This document shows positions 16,768 through 27,032 of a DNA stretch of 64,000 nucleotides, piece after piece. The stretch comes from Myxococcota bacterium. Lineage in GTDB: Bacteria; Myxococcota_A; UBA796. Where the stretch lies: the NCBI GenBank assembly GCA_029251165.1, contig JAQXDW010000052.1, positions 1,736 to 65,735 of the forward strand. The letters run 5' to 3'. A model generated the notes under the pieces. The model saw only the letters and a program-made list of their open reading frames with translations. It was not told where the DNA came from and did not search any database. The position numbers and the translations under genes are program-made. Positions within the stretch are counted from its first letter, which is position 1. Each line of letters begins with the position of its first letter.

Positions 16768-19038
16768 ATGCCCTCATTCACCGACTCTGAGCGCTCCATC
16801 CTGCCTCTCCTCCCGATGATCTACGTCGCATGGGCCGATGGAGAGCTGACCGATGCAGAGCTGTCCGCGCTTCGGGCTGCCCTCCCCGGGGACAATGAAG
16901 CCCTCCGGCAGTGGCTGGATCCTGCCCAGCCGCCCAGCGCCGTGCAGCTCCAAGACCTGCTCCGACGCCTGGAGGATGCCGCAGCTGGGATCGCCGCTCC
17001 CGAGCAGCACGGGCTCATCGATCTCGGACTCGCCATCGCCGGGCTGTCGAGCGAGGCGGGAGCCTGGGCGGCAGCACGGGATGCACTGCGGACGCTGGAG
17101 AAGACGCTGGGGCTGTATGGCACCGCGGCCAGCCGGCGGTTCTTTCCCGCAGAGGCCACGGCACCCACGGCGACCACGCTGAGCTGGTCGCCAGAGGCCA
17201 TGGCTGTGCTGCTGGATGGCCCTCGCGCGTCAGCAAAGGCGAAGGTTCGGGCGCTCTTGGCCGACCCGTTCTTCCGTCACCCCGGTGAGATCAACTCCGC
17301 AGAGTACCGGGCGCTGGTGCTGCGGTGGTGTCAGGTGCTGGCAGACCGGGGCTTCCTCGACACCCTCCTGCCAGCAGCAGCCGGTGGACGGCCAGATGTC
17401 GGCGGGTTCGTCGCCACCTTCGCGACCCTCGCGACCTTCGACCTCAGCCTGCTGGTGAAGTTCGGGGTGCAGTTCGGGCTGTTCGGCTGCAGCATCCTGT
17501 TCCTCGGCAGCGCCGAGCAGAGACGTCGCTACCTCCCCGACATCTTCGCGCTCCGGCTGCCCGGCTGCTTCGCGATGACCGAGCGCGCCCACGGCTCCAA
17601 CGTCCGCGAGCTGGAGACCACCGCGACCTACGATGCCCGCCGAGATGAGTTCGTCATCGACACCCCCCACCCCCTCGCCGGGAAGGAGTGGATCGGCAAC
17701 GCAGCGGAGCACGGACGCATGGCGACGGTGTTTGCACAGCTCTCCGTCGGGGGCATGCAGCACGGGGTCCATGCTTTCCTGGTTCCCATTCGGCGCGCGG
17801 ACGGCTCGCCGGCCCCCCGGGTGCGCATCACCGACTGCGGCCACAAGATGGGGCTCAACGGGGTCGACAATGGCCGCCTGTGGTTCGACAGCGTCCGCGT
17901 TCCCCGAGACAGCCTGCTGTCTCGGTTCGCCACCATCGACGATGACGGCCAGTACCACAGCCCGATCGCCTCGCCGGGTCGGCGGTTCTTCACCATGCTC
18001 GGTGCCCTGGTCGGCGGGCGGGTGAGCGTCGCGGCCGCCAGCGTGAGCGTCGCCGCGTCCGCCCTGACCATCGCGATCCGCTACAGCGCACGGCGGCGAC
18101 AGTTCGGCCCCGAGGGCGGGCCGGAGGTGGAGATCCTCCGCTACCCCACCCACCGCAAGCGCCTCCTCCCCCGGCTCGCCGCGACCTATGCCCTCCACTT
18201 CGCTGCTGAAGACCTCACCACCCGATACGCCCGTGCCATCGAAGAAGACGCCGACATGCAGGAGGTCGAGGCGCTCGCAGCAGGCATCAAGGCGCTCGCC
18301 TCCTGGCATGCCACAGACACCGTGCAGACCAGCCGGGAGTGCTGCGGCGGACAAGGCTACGCAGCGGTCAACCGGTTCGCCGCCCTCAAGGCGGACTCCG
18401 ATGTATTCTCGACCTTCGAGGGCGACAACATCGTGCTGATGCAGCTGGTCGCGAAGTCTGTCCTCGGGCAGTTCAAGGGTCGGTTCTCCGACACCAATCC
18501 GGTCAGCATCATCCGAAACATCGCCGAGATCGCGAGCGGGCGAGTGAGCGAGAAGAACCCGTTCATCACGCGCTACACCCCACCGCACCACCTCAGAGAC
18601 GGGGGGTTCCACAGCGACATCCTCGCCGGTCGGACCCTCGATCTCACCCTCGCCATTGCCCGGGGCCTCCGCCGCGATCTCGACGATGCCGAGGATCCAT
18701 TCGCCGCGTTCACCGCCTGGCAGCCCGCGATGGTCGCGCTGGCCCGCGCCCACATCGAGCACACCGTGCACGGTCAGTTCCGTGCGGTCGTGGAGGCCTG
18801 CACCGACCCCGATCTCGCCGCAGTCCTCAACGACCTCTGCGACCTCTACGCGCTCTCTCGGATCGAGGCGGGGTGTGGGTGGTTCCTGGAGAACGGCTAC
18901 CTGACGCCAGCAAAGTCCCGGGCGATACGGGCAGAGGTCACCACCCTGTGCGACAGCCTCGCGGCAGACGCGGTGGCCCTCGTCGACGCCTTCGCGATCC
19001 CCGACGAGGCCATCGGGGCGCCAATCGCGATGCGGTGA
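16768..19038 (+). CDS. acyl-CoA oxidase/dehydrogenase family protein with an extra N-terminal ~110-aa domain
   Basis: Start MPSFTDSERS at 16768. ACOX-type motifs GCFAMTERAHGSNVRELETTATYD and ECCGGQGY. The track ORF start at 16522 overlaps the preceding gene. Confidence 0.9.
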   Translation: MPSFTDSERSILPLLPMIYVAWADGELTDAELSALRAALPGDNEALRQWLDPAQPPSAVQLQDLLRRLEDAAAGIAAPEQHGLIDLGLAIAGLSSEAGAWAAARDALRTLEKTLGLYGTAASRRFFPAEATAPTATTLSWSPEAMAVLLDGPRASAKAKVRALLADPFFRHPGEINSAEYRALVLRWCQVLADRGFLDTLLPAAAGGRPDVGGFVATFATLATFDLSLLVKFGVQFGLFGCSILFLGSAEQRRRYLPDIFALRLPGCFAMTERAHGSNVRELETTATYDARRDEFVIDTPHPLAGKEWIGNAAEHGRMATVFAQLSVGGMQHGVHAFLVPIRRADGSPAPRVRITDCGHKMGLNGVDNGRLWFDSVRVPRDSLLSRFATIDDDGQYHSPIASPGRRFFTMLGALVGGRVSVAAASVSVAASALTIAIRYSARRRQFGPEGGPEVEILRYPTHRKRLLPRLAATYALHFAAEDLTTRYARAIEEDADMQEVEALAAGIKALASWHATDTVQTSRECCGGQGYAAVNRFAALKADSDVFSTFEGDNIVLMQLVAKSVLGQFKGRFSDTNPVSIIRNIAEIASGRVSEKNPFITRYTPPHHLRDGGFHSDILAGRTLDLTLAIARGLRRDLDDAEDPFAAFTAWQPAMVALARAHIEHTVHGQFRAVVEACTDPDLAAVLNDLCDLYALSRIEAGCGWFLENGYLTPAKSRAIRAEVTTLCDSLAADAVALVDAFAIPDEAIGAPIAMR

Positions 19039-19111
19039 GGCCCTGCGGCGGGCTGTGCCGACGCCCGACCAACCGCCCGTCTCACCCAGGAGAAGACGAG
19101 CCGCCCGCACC

Positions 19112-19141
19112 CCGGTCGCGCATGGTCCCGGGCGCGACCGG
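19112..19141. terminator. 10-bp GC-rich hairpin between convergent genes
   Basis: CCGGTCGCGC (19112-19121), 10-nt loop, GCGCGACCGG (19132-19141). Perfect complement. No clear U-tract. Confidence 0.4.
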
Positions 19142-19185
19142 GGGCATCCAGCGGCCCCTACGGCAGCGCAGGGCGATTCCTGCGA

Positions 19186-20601
19186 CTACTTCGCGACCAG
19201 ACCGCTGATCAGGTCCATCAGCACCGCCAGCCCCCACCGCACGCCATCCACCGGCACCCGCTCGTTGTGGCCATGGAACATCGCGGCGAAGTTGGAGCCC
19301 GGCGGCAGCTTCAGCGGCGAGAAGCCCCAGCACTTCATCCCCAGCTCCGTGTACGCCTTTGCATCCGTGAACCCGGGCAGGAGGTTGCGGATCGGGACCG
19401 CCTTCGTGTCGTGGCGGGTCAGCACGGTGTCGATCATCCCGGCGATCGGATCGGCGACCTCGGTGACGCTCGCCGGCATCTCCTTGTCGATTGTGTAGGT
19501 GTAGCCCGGCCCGATGAGCCGCTTGATCTCCTCGATGAGATCCGCGCCGGTCTGCCCTGGCAGCAGCCGACCGTCCACCTGCACGCTGGCCTCTCCCGGC
19601 ACCTGGTTGATCTTCACCCCCGAGCGCAGGATCGTCGGGTTGGCGGTGTTGTGGAGGACGGCATCAAACGTGCTGGCGAGCGAGGGGTCGGGGAAGACAT
19701 TGTCGAGGATGTGTCCACACAGCGGCTTGGAGAGCAGTCCCTTGAGCACCAGAGAGTTCGGCACCTTCTGGTGCTGCGACAGCGTGCGAACGAACCGCTC
19801 AACGACCGGAGTGACGTGGTGGGGCAGCCGCTTCGTGGCGAGCAGCTCGGCAGCCCGAGCGATGGCGGCGATGGGGTTGTCGCGGTTGGGCAGCGAGCCG
19901 TGTCCGGGGGTACCGCGCGCGGTGATGGTCAGCCAGCAGATCCCCTTCTCTGCGACCTGGACAGGGTAGAAGTGCTTTCCAGCCATGTGAAGGGTGAAGC
20001 CTCCGATCTCGGAGATGACGTACTCCCCACGGATCTTCTCGGGGTGGTTGCGGGCGAGCCACAGGCTGCCCTGCTCGCAGCCCGCTTCCTCGTCCGCCAC
20101 GCCAGCAAAGATGAGGTCACGCTTCAGCGGTACCCCCAGCCGGTGCAGCAGGATCATGGTCATCACCTCCATGGCAACCATGTGCTTCATGTCGACCGCG
20201 CCCCGACCCCACATCCAGCCGTCGTGAACCTCTCCTGCGAACGGATCGCGCTTCCACTGATCCAGCTCGACCGGCACCACGTCGAGGTGTCCCGACAGCA
20301 AGATCGGCTCACCACCGGAGCCATCACCCGGGAGCCGACACAGCACGTTGCCGCGACCCGGCGCGCTCTCCAGCACCTCCGGCTCCATCCCCTCTGCCCG
20401 GAACAGGTCTGCGATCATCGAGGCTGCAGCGGTCTCGTTGGGGTTGCCGTCCGGGGCGTTGATGGTGCGCTGCTTGAGCAGCCGAGAGAGCAGAGCGAGG
20501 GTCTCATCGCCGGCCTTCTGCCAGTCGATGCGGTCCATGAGCGGGTGGGTGGAGGCTGTCATGCCACTGTCCGTATCGCACATCCAGCCGGTACGGGGCA
20601 T
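19186..20601 (-). CDS. M20 family metallopeptidase (dipeptidase/deacylase-like)
   Basis: GHLDVVP, RGAVDMK, VADEEAG and HGHNE motifs. Alternative start MTASTHPL at 20562. Confidence 0.9.
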   Translation of the reverse strand: MPRTGWMCDTDSGMTASTHPLMDRIDWQKAGDETLALLSRLLKQRTINAPDGNPNETAAASMIADLFRAEGMEPEVLESAPGRGNVLCRLPGDGSGGEPILLSGHLDVVPVELDQWKRDPFAGEVHDGWMWGRGAVDMKHMVAMEVMTMILLHRLGVPLKRDLIFAGVADEEAGCEQGSLWLARNHPEKIRGEYVISEIGGFTLHMAGKHFYPVQVAEKGICWLTITARGTPGHGSLPNRDNPIAAIARAAELLATKRLPHHVTPVVERFVRTLSQHQKVPNSLVLKGLLSKPLCGHILDNVFPDPSLASTFDAVLHNTANPTILRSGVKINQVPGEASVQVDGRLLPGQTGADLIEEIKRLIGPGYTYTIDKEMPASVTEVADPIAGMIDTVLTRHDTKAVPIRNLLPGFTDAKAYTELGMKCWGFSPLKLPPGSNFAAMFHGHNERVPVDGVRWGLAVLMDLISGLVAK

Positions 20602-20756
20602 CAGGGGTTCAGAAGGGGGGTGCCGTGCGCCACCGTGGCCTGTCCGAGCCTGCTGTGGAGGTGGGAGCAGGGGTGGTCATTCCGCTCTCCCCGGTCAACA
20701 GTCATGGCCTGATCACCGTGTGATCTGGTATACATGGCCGTCTTCCAGCCAACCGG

Positions 20757-22142
20757 GTGAACTTCATGGGTCAGTACAAGACCGCCCCTGCCGCATCGAC
20801 CGAGATGCCAAAGGGCATTCCCTACATCGTCACCAACGAGGCCGCGGAGCGGTTCAGCTTCTACGGAATGAAGGGGATCCTGGTCGTCTTCATGACGAAG
20901 TTCATGCTGGACTCTTCGGGCAACCCCGACCTCCTCGGCGAGGAAGAGGCGCGGCAGTGGTACCACACCTTCACCTCCGCGGTGTACTTCTTCCCCCTGA
21001 TCGGCGCGCTCATCGCAGACGCCTTCCTCGGCAAGTACCGCACCATCCTGCTCCTCTCGATCGTCTACTGCCTCGGTCACTTTGCCCTGGCGCTCGACGA
21101 GACGAAGATGGGCCTGAGCATCGGACTCACCCTCATCGCGATCGGCTCTGGCGGCATCAAGCCGTGCGTCTCTGCCCATGTCGGTGACCAGTTCGGCAGG
21201 TCCAACCACCACCTCCTCGAGAAGGTGTTTGGTTGGTTCTACTTCTCGATCAACTTCGGCGCGTTCCTCTCCACGCTGCTGACCCCCTGGCTGCTCAACC
21301 ACCCCGACTTCGGTCCCCACTGGGCGTTCGGCGTGCCCGGCGTGCTGATGTTCCTGGCGACCATCTTCTTCTGGATGGGCCGCAACGTCTTCATCCACAT
21401 CCCTCCCGGCGGCGTGGCGTTCCTCAAGGAGACCTTCTCCAAGAACGGCCTCGGCAGCATCGCCAAGCTGTTCATCATCTACGCCTTCGTGGCGATGTTC
21501 TGGGCACTGTTCGATCAGACTGGGAGCGCCTGGGTCCAGCAGGCCGAGCGCATGGACCGGAACTTCCTGGGATTTGAGTGGCTCTCCTCGCAGATCCAGT
21601 CGATCAACCCGATCATGATCATGCTGTTCATCCCCCTCTTCAACGGCATCAAGTCGCTCAAGTGGCCGGGACTCTACGACCTGATCAACCGCGTCTGGAC
21701 CCTCACCCCGCTGCGCAAGATCGGCATCGGCTTCTTCCTGACCGTGCCCGCCTTCCTCGTGCCCGCCTGGATCGACACCCAGCTCGACGCTGGCATCGAG
21801 ATCAACATCGCCTGGCAGCTCGGAGCCTACGTGCTCATGACCGCCGCTGAGGTCTTCGTCTCGATCACCTGCCTGGAGTTCTCCTACACCCAGGCTCCCA
21901 AGAAGATGAAGTCGCTGGTCATGGCCTGCTTCCTGCTGAGCGTGTCGCTGGGCAACGTGTTCGTCTCCGCGGTCAACTTCTTCATCCAGAACGACGACGG
22001 CACCTCCAAGCTCTCTGGCCCGGAGTACTACATGTTCTTCGCCGGCTGCATGCTGGTCACCGCCGTGCTCTACATCCCGGTGGCGCTCTGGTACAAGGAA
22101 AAGACCTACATCCAGGACGAGAACGACGCCGTGACGGCATAG
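20757..22142 (+). CDS. POT/PTR2 family proton-dependent oligopeptide transporter
   Basis: PTR2 signature [29 protein letters not shown] motif, about 12-14 TM helices. Confidence 0.95.
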   Translation: MNFMGQYKTAPAASTEMPKGIPYIVTNEAAERFSFYGMKGILVVFMTKFMLDSSGNPDLLGEEEARQWYHTFTSAVYFFPLIGALIADAFLGKYRTILLLSIVYCLGHFALALDETKMGLSIGLTLIAIGSGGIKPCVSAHVGDQFGRSNHHLLEKVFGWFYFSINFGAFLSTLLTPWLLNHPDFGPHWAFGVPGVLMFLATIFFWMGRNVFIHIPPGGVAFLKETFSKNGLGSIAKLFIIYAFVAMFWALFDQTGSAWVQQAERMDRNFLGFEWLSSQIQSINPIMIMLFIPLFNGIKSLKWPGLYDLINRVWTLTPLRKIGIGFFLTVPAFLVPAWIDTQLDAGIEINIAWQLGAYVLMTAAEVFVSITCLEFSYTQAPKKMKSLVMACFLLSVSLGNVFVSAVNFFIQNDDGTSKLSGPEYYMFFAGCMLVTAVLYIPVALWYKEKTYIQDENDAVTA

Positions 22143-22156
22143 CCTAAAGGGTTCCA

Positions 22157-22543
22157 ATGCTTCTGCTGACGACGCTGCTCGCGCGCGCCGACATCTCTCC
22201 ACCGGAGGGCTACGTCGAGACCTGCACGGTCGCGCTTCAGTGCGGTGAGACCGAAGGAACGAGCTGCTCGGCATACTTCGGCGGTCGCACCGAGTGTGAG
22301 GCGCTGGAGGCGAAGGGCTGGCAGCGGATGTGCCAGACCAGAGGCGCCTCGACCTGGAGCGAGGTGTTCTGCGCCCAGGCTCCTGATGACGATGCCCGAC
22401 GGACCCGCATCGAGCAGACGACCGGGTTCGCTCCCACCATCCAGCCCCTCCCCGCTCGGCGCTGCGGCTGCTCAGCCGCAGGGATGGGCGCAGGCTGGCT
22501 GCTGGTGCCGCTGCTGCTCCTCGCCCGCCGACGGATGCAGTAG
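22157..22543 (+). CDS. secreted Cys-rich protein with MYXO-CTERM-like sorting tail
   Basis: Signal-like N-terminus. C-terminus RRCGCSAAGMGAGWLLVPLLLLARRRMQ (Gly/Cys motif, TM helix, Arg cluster). Confidence 0.65.
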   Translation: MLLLTTLLARADISPPEGYVETCTVALQCGETEGTSCSAYFGGRTECEALEAKGWQRMCQTRGASTWSEVFCAQAPDDDARRTRIEQTTGFAPTIQPLPARRCGCSAAGMGAGWLLVPLLLLARRRMQ

Positions 22544-22659
22544 CGCCTCTTTGTGGGCCTTCACGGTTCGCTCCCCGCCAGGACCTGTGCCCGTCGGGGT
22601 GACTCCGGACGAAGACGGCCTCGCTGCTGTGGCTGAAGTCGTGCCCGGCTCGCTGACGC

Positions 22660-24774
22660 TCAAGCCTCCGTCGGTGCCAGCCCGCTGACACCCGGTCCGT
22701 CGACCCGCCTCGCCAGCGGACGCCGGTTCAGCGCGTCCGCCGTCACTCCAGCCAGCGCAGTCACCACCACCGCGCCGTCCACCTCCCCGACCAGCCCGCT
22801 CTCCCCATCCAGCACCCGCGCCACCGCGACACGCGCCAGCCGTGATGCCAGCACCCGGTCTCCGGGCGATGGCCGGCCGCCCTGCTGGAGGTGTCCGAGC
22901 ACACAGACCCGGGTGTCGAACCGCCCGCCGGACTCCTCGCCGTAGATCCGGGCGAGGGTGTGCGTGTCGTAGGCATCCGATGCCCCGTCCGCGACCAGCA
23001 CAATGCCGACCGACTTGCCCCGGGTGAACGACTCCTGGAGAGCGGCGATGTCGGCGATGAGGTCCGAGAGGAAGATGCCCTGCTCGTGCGTGTAGACCAC
23101 CTCTGCGCCCGAGCCAATGCCGGCGGTCCAGGCGAGGTAGCCGCAGCGGCGGCCCATGACCTCAACCATAAACACCCGGTCCCGGCTGCCGACCGCCGAC
23201 TGCTTGAGCCGGTCAACCGCCTCACAGATCACATTGCAGGCGGTGTCGGACCCAATCGACCGGTCGGTAGCAGGCACATTGTTGGAGATGGTCGCCGGGA
23301 CGATCACGACCGGCAGGGTCTCGCGGAGACGCTGCGCTGCGGTGAGGCAGGCGAAGCCGCCAATCAGGATGAGCCCGTCGGCCTCCGCCAGCGCCGCCTC
23401 CAGACGCACGTCATCGGCCTCGGGCAGCCAGCGGTTGGTGCCGAGGATGGTCGCCCCCTGTGAGGGCAGCCCGTCGACGTCGTGCCAGGACAGGCGGCGC
23501 AGCTTGCCCTCAGCCAGCCCGCGCAGCCCCTCCTGAGCGGCGAGGACACCGACCCCCTCGGACGCCGCGAGGCGCACCACGGTCTGAAGCGCGGCGTTCA
23601 TGCCCGGAGCCGGGGCCCCGAGGTTGGCGACGACGATCGTGCGCCGGGGCTTTCCCGAGGCGGTCGGGGCGCTGCGCCGGTAGATGTCGAGCAGCTCGGT
23701 CATCTCCGGCCCCCGATCGGCCAGGGCCTCGTCGAACCGGCACGCGGCGATGGCCGCTCCAGTGCGGTGGGTCTGGGCCACACAGTGCATCAGCGGACGC
23801 GGGGAGACCGAAGCCCCGGCGGTCGTCATCAGCAGCGGCTCGGCGCCGTCGGTCATCGCCATCAGGGCATCCACTGCCGCGACCCCGAGCCGGGTGGACA
23901 GCACCCGATCCTGCGCAGAGGGGGCCCCGCCGCGCTGGACATGCCCCAGCACGGTCACCCGGGTGTCCCAGCCCGGATCCGCCTCCAGGGCGGCCTTGAC
24001 CATCGCTGCGGTGATCGGCTCTCCGGTCACGCTGATGGCCCCCTCTGCCAGCAAGACGATCGACTTCCGGCGGCCCTGCTGCCGACCGGCGAGCACAGCC
24101 TGTCGCAGCTCGGCCCGCCAGTCGGGGACCGGGGCCTCGGGAATGAGCAGGAAGTCCGCGCCAGTCGCCACCGCCGCAGCCGCAGCGAGGAAGCCGCAGC
24201 GCCGCCCCATGACCTCGACGACGAACGAGCGCTGGTGGCTGGAGGCGGTGGAGGTGAGGGTGTCGACGGCATCGACGATGCGGTTGAGGGCGGAGTCGCT
24301 GCCGATGGTGGAGGAGGTGCCCCACATGTCGTTGTCGATCGAGCCGGTCATGCCGACAATGTAGAGGCTCGGGGTGGCCTGTTCGGGGGTGATTCGGCCG
24401 CTGGAGAGCAGGTCTTGGACATGGCGCGACCACTCTCGTCGCAGGGTGTCTGCGCCGGTCAGTGAGCCATCTCCACCGATGACCGCCAGCCGATTGATTC
24501 CAGCCCGCATCAGGTTCTCCGCAGCCCTTCGGCGACCCTCCAGGGTCCGAAATTCGGCACATCGGGCAGTGCCGATGTCGGTGCCGCCCTTGTGGAGGAT
24601 GTAGGAGACGTCCAGCCAGCCAATCGGCGTGATCTCTCCGGAGACCAGCCCGGCATAGCCCTCGCGGATCGCACTACACGACGCTCCCCGCTGAATCGCC
24701 CGCCTCACCACCGCCCGCAGTGCCGGGTTCATGCCCTGGGCATCTCCGCCGCTGGTCAGCACCCCGATTCGCAT
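22660..24774 (-). CDS. tandem (duplicated, ~700 aa) 6-phosphofructokinase
   Basis: N-half MRIGVLTSGGDAQGMN...VIGGDGS. The second half repeats the fold (IVVANLGAPAPGMNAAL...LIGGFA...VMGR). Confidence 0.9.
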   Translation of the reverse strand: MRIGVLTSGGDAQGMNPALRAVVRRAIQRGASCSAIREGYAGLVSGEITPIGWLDVSYILHKGGTDIGTARCAEFRTLEGRRRAAENLMRAGINRLAVIGGDGSLTGADTLRREWSRHVQDLLSSGRITPEQATPSLYIVGMTGSIDNDMWGTSSTIGSDSALNRIVDAVDTLTSTASSHQRSFVVEVMGRRCGFLAAAAAVATGADFLLIPEAPVPDWRAELRQAVLAGRQQGRRKSIVLLAEGAISVTGEPITAAMVKAALEADPGWDTRVTVLGHVQRGGAPSAQDRVLSTRLGVAAVDALMAMTDGAEPLLMTTAGASVSPRPLMHCVAQTHRTGAAIAACRFDEALADRGPEMTELLDIYRRSAPTASGKPRRTIVVANLGAPAPGMNAALQTVVRLAASEGVGVLAAQEGLRGLAEGKLRRLSWHDVDGLPSQGATILGTNRWLPEADDVRLEAALAEADGLILIGGFACLTAAQRLRETLPVVIVPATISNNVPATDRSIGSDTACNVICEAVDRLKQSAVGSRDRVFMVEVMGRRCGYLAWTAGIGSGAEVVYTHEQGIFLSDLIADIAALQESFTRGKSVGIVLVADGASDAYDTHTLARIYGEESGGRFDTRVCVLGHLQQGGRPSPGDRVLASRLARVAVARVLDGESGLVGEVDGAVVVTALAGVTADALNRRPLARRVDGPGVSGLAPTEA

Positions 24775-25075
24775 GTCTCAGCCTCCGTGCCAGGAGTCTA
24801 CTACCTTGCTCAGCGGTCGCTGCCGCCGGTCGCGGGGCACACACTCGTCGGCCCGGTGTCCAGCGATGTGACCGGTGTGGCCGAGGTGCTTGCCGCTGCT
24901 TGGAGGCCGCACAGTCTCCAGCGGAGGCCCATAGCATCGCGCCCTCTCCTCACCCTTCCCCGCAGCCCTGGGCCAGACCGAGCCCCAACCAGCAGATGCC
25001 CATCGAGAGGCAAGAGGCGTCAACCACACCTGAAATCGCCGCCGTGGGTGTCCATTTTGGCATAGAGACCCCTCT

Positions 25076-25537
25076 ATGAAGATCTGGATCGACGCCGACG
25101 CCGCCCCGAAGATGATCAAGGAGATCATCTACCGAGCCTCCCTGCGCCTGAAGCTGGAGGTTGTCCTGGTGGCGAACTCCTGGATCCAGACCCCAAAGTC
25201 CCGGCTGATCACGTCCATTCAGGTCGGCGCCGGCTTCGACGTGGCGGACGACTACATCGTCGAGCACTGCGCGCCTGGTGACCTGATCATCACCGCAGAC
25301 ATCCCGCTGGCGTCAGAGGTCATCGAGAAGGGTGGCCTCGTGCTGCGGCCCCGTGGGGGTCCGCTGACCGGTGCCAACATCCAGCAGCGTCTGACCATGC
25401 GCAACTTCATGGACGACCTGCGGGCGACCGGCGTGAAGACCGGAGGACCGCCTCCGATGGATGCCAAGGATCGCCAGAAGTTCGCCAGCCACCTCGACAA
25501 GATCCTCACCCGAGAGCTTCGCAAGCTGTCGCGCTGA
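25076..25537 (+). CDS. yaiI: YaiI/YqxD family protein (UPF0178/DUF188)
   Basis: MKIWIDADAAPKMIKEII...ADDYIVEHCAPGDLIITADIPLA, characteristic of UPF0178. Confidence 0.9.
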   Translation: MKIWIDADAAPKMIKEIIYRASLRLKLEVVLVANSWIQTPKSRLITSIQVGAGFDVADDYIVEHCAPGDLIITADIPLASEVIEKGGLVLRPRGGPLTGANIQQRLTMRNFMDDLRATGVKTGGPPPMDAKDRQKFASHLDKILTRELRKLSR

Positions 25538-25752
25538 GCAACCAGCGGACACTGTCACACGCTCGTCACAGTGCTCATGACTGGCATCTGATATTTGCCA
25601 GAGCCGCCCGGGGTGTGACGCCGAACCGCACCCCCGGGACCGAAGCCGCAGCGCTGTTTTCCATACAGCGTCCCGGCCAGGCGCGGTCGATGCCGCCCGG
25701 TGACTCCCCTACGGCCACACCGAAAACATCAAAGAACCCGGAGAATCCAGTC

Positions 25753-26151
25753 ATGCGCTGGCTCACCCTCGCGCTGCTTGCAGCCTGCGACGCCGACACC
25801 CGTCTCACCCCTGATGCCCCGAGCCCGCTCACCGAGCGGACCTGCTCCGAGGAGAGCACCCTCGCCCTCCTCAACGATCCAGCCACCACCGCCCAGACCC
25901 TCCGCGAGCTCGGGCTGCGCTCCTCAGCGGCCTACCACCTCATGCAGATCCGAAGCGGCACAGACGGTGTCCACGGCACCAGCGACGACGTCGTGTTCAG
26001 CAGCATCGATGCCGTCGATGCGGTTCCCTACGTCGGTCCCGCGACGCTGGAGGTCTTAGAAGACTGGGCCGAGGCCGACTGTGAGGCCACTCCTGAGCGG
26101 CGCTCCCCGTCCGCACACGACCTCCCCGCGCGGATGGGACGGATGGCGTAG
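25753..26151 (+). CDS. lipoprotein with ComEA-like helix-hairpin-helix repeats
   Basis: ATG at 25753, MRWLTLALLAAC lipobox. LNDPATTAQTLRELGL...AYHLMQIR and AVDAVPYVGPATLEVLEDW resemble HhH DNA-binding motifs. Confidence 0.6.
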   Translation: MRWLTLALLAACDADTRLTPDAPSPLTERTCSEESTLALLNDPATTAQTLRELGLRSSAAYHLMQIRSGTDGVHGTSDDVVFSSIDAVDAVPYVGPATLEVLEDWAEADCEATPERRSPSAHDLPARMGRMA

Positions 26152-26612
26152 CCCCCTTCAGGCTTGAGCCCTCCAGGCCGCTCCGGGAGCAAGGGGCACG
26201 AGCAGCAAGACCGAACCACAGCGGCTCATCTACCGCCGTCGCGATCCAACACGCTGGTCAGTGTCGGTCTTTGCATGACGTGAAGGCCTGAGGAGCAGCA
26301 CACCTGCCGGGACTGTGGCGGGGTCGCAGCGCTCCAGAATGAGCCGCAGTCCTGGCGTCAACAGCCGCCATCGCGCGGGCTTCTCGCCGCGCCCAGCGAC
26401 ACCTCCGATGCGGACACTCAGATGACCGATGCTGCTGCTGTCGTCGGAGTCCCTGCTGTGTCGAGGCCCATGCTTCTGCACGCTGCTGAGGGGGGAGCAA
26501 TGCGGCGCGCAGGTGTATGCGCCATTGCCAACGCCCTGCGGAGAGTGGACGATCAGGGCCTCGGGGGCAGGCTGCACCAGCGGCTACCGCAGCCCTGAGC
26601 CGTGGAGGAGAC

Positions 26613-27032
26613 ATGCAGGACCCAAACACGCTCGACATCTTCGACATCTTCGACATCGTGGTCGCCGTCCTGGGTGCGCTGTTCGGGATGGGTGTCACGA
26701 TCATGCTCGACATGGACCCCACCTCGGACTGGGTTGACTACGTCATCATGGCCTGCGTGGTGGTGCTGCTGATGCTCAAGCGTGCGGTGCTGCCGGCCCC
26801 AAAGCGTCCGCCGCACCCCAGCGCCGCGGCACGCCTCGCCTACATGTTCACCGGAATCCTCGGCACACTCGGGCTCGTCGCCGCTGTGGCGATCATGTGG
26901 TCCGGGCTTGAGGACGGCAGCAGCCTGAGCGTGACACTGCGCGAGGTCTCCCTGCCCGGGCTCCTCAGCGGCGGGCTGCTCTCAGTCGCGATCGTCCTCG
27001 ACAGGGTCCGCCCCGCTCCCGAGGCCGGATGA
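26613..27032 (+). CDS. hypothetical membrane protein
   Basis: GGAGGAG RBS before the ATG at 26613. Four predicted TM helices. Contains a 3 x 9-bp in-frame tandem (DIFDIFDIV). Confidence 0.55.
   Translation: MQDPNTLDIFDIFDIVVAVLGALFGMGVTIMLDMDPTSDWVDYVIMACVVVLLMLKRAVLPAPKRPPHPSAAARLAYMFTGILGTLGLVAAVAIMWSGLEDGSSLSVTLREVSLPGLLSGGLLSVAIVLDRVRPAPEAG

Noticed and set aside
20601-22691. 696-aa minus-strand ORF spanning the POT transporter gene. Similar long ORFs occur at 17230-19110(-), 33581-35818(+), 36331-38610(+), 27054-28715(+), 30264-31847(-), 52787-53734(-) and 55334-56272(-).
   Set aside because: They lie antisense to genes with clear family motifs. Their products are Arg/Gly/Pro/Ala/Asp-rich and low in complexity, and they lack third-position GC bias. 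These are typical stop-codon-poor antisense frames in high-GC DNA.
26230-26577. 115-aa minus-strand ORF in the 460-bp gap between the ComEA-like gene and the membrane-protein gene.
   Set aside because: Only the C-terminal half shows modest GC3 bias. The N-terminal half is Ser/Pro/His-rich and non-protein-like. There is no RBS or motif. It is possibly a relic but not supportable.
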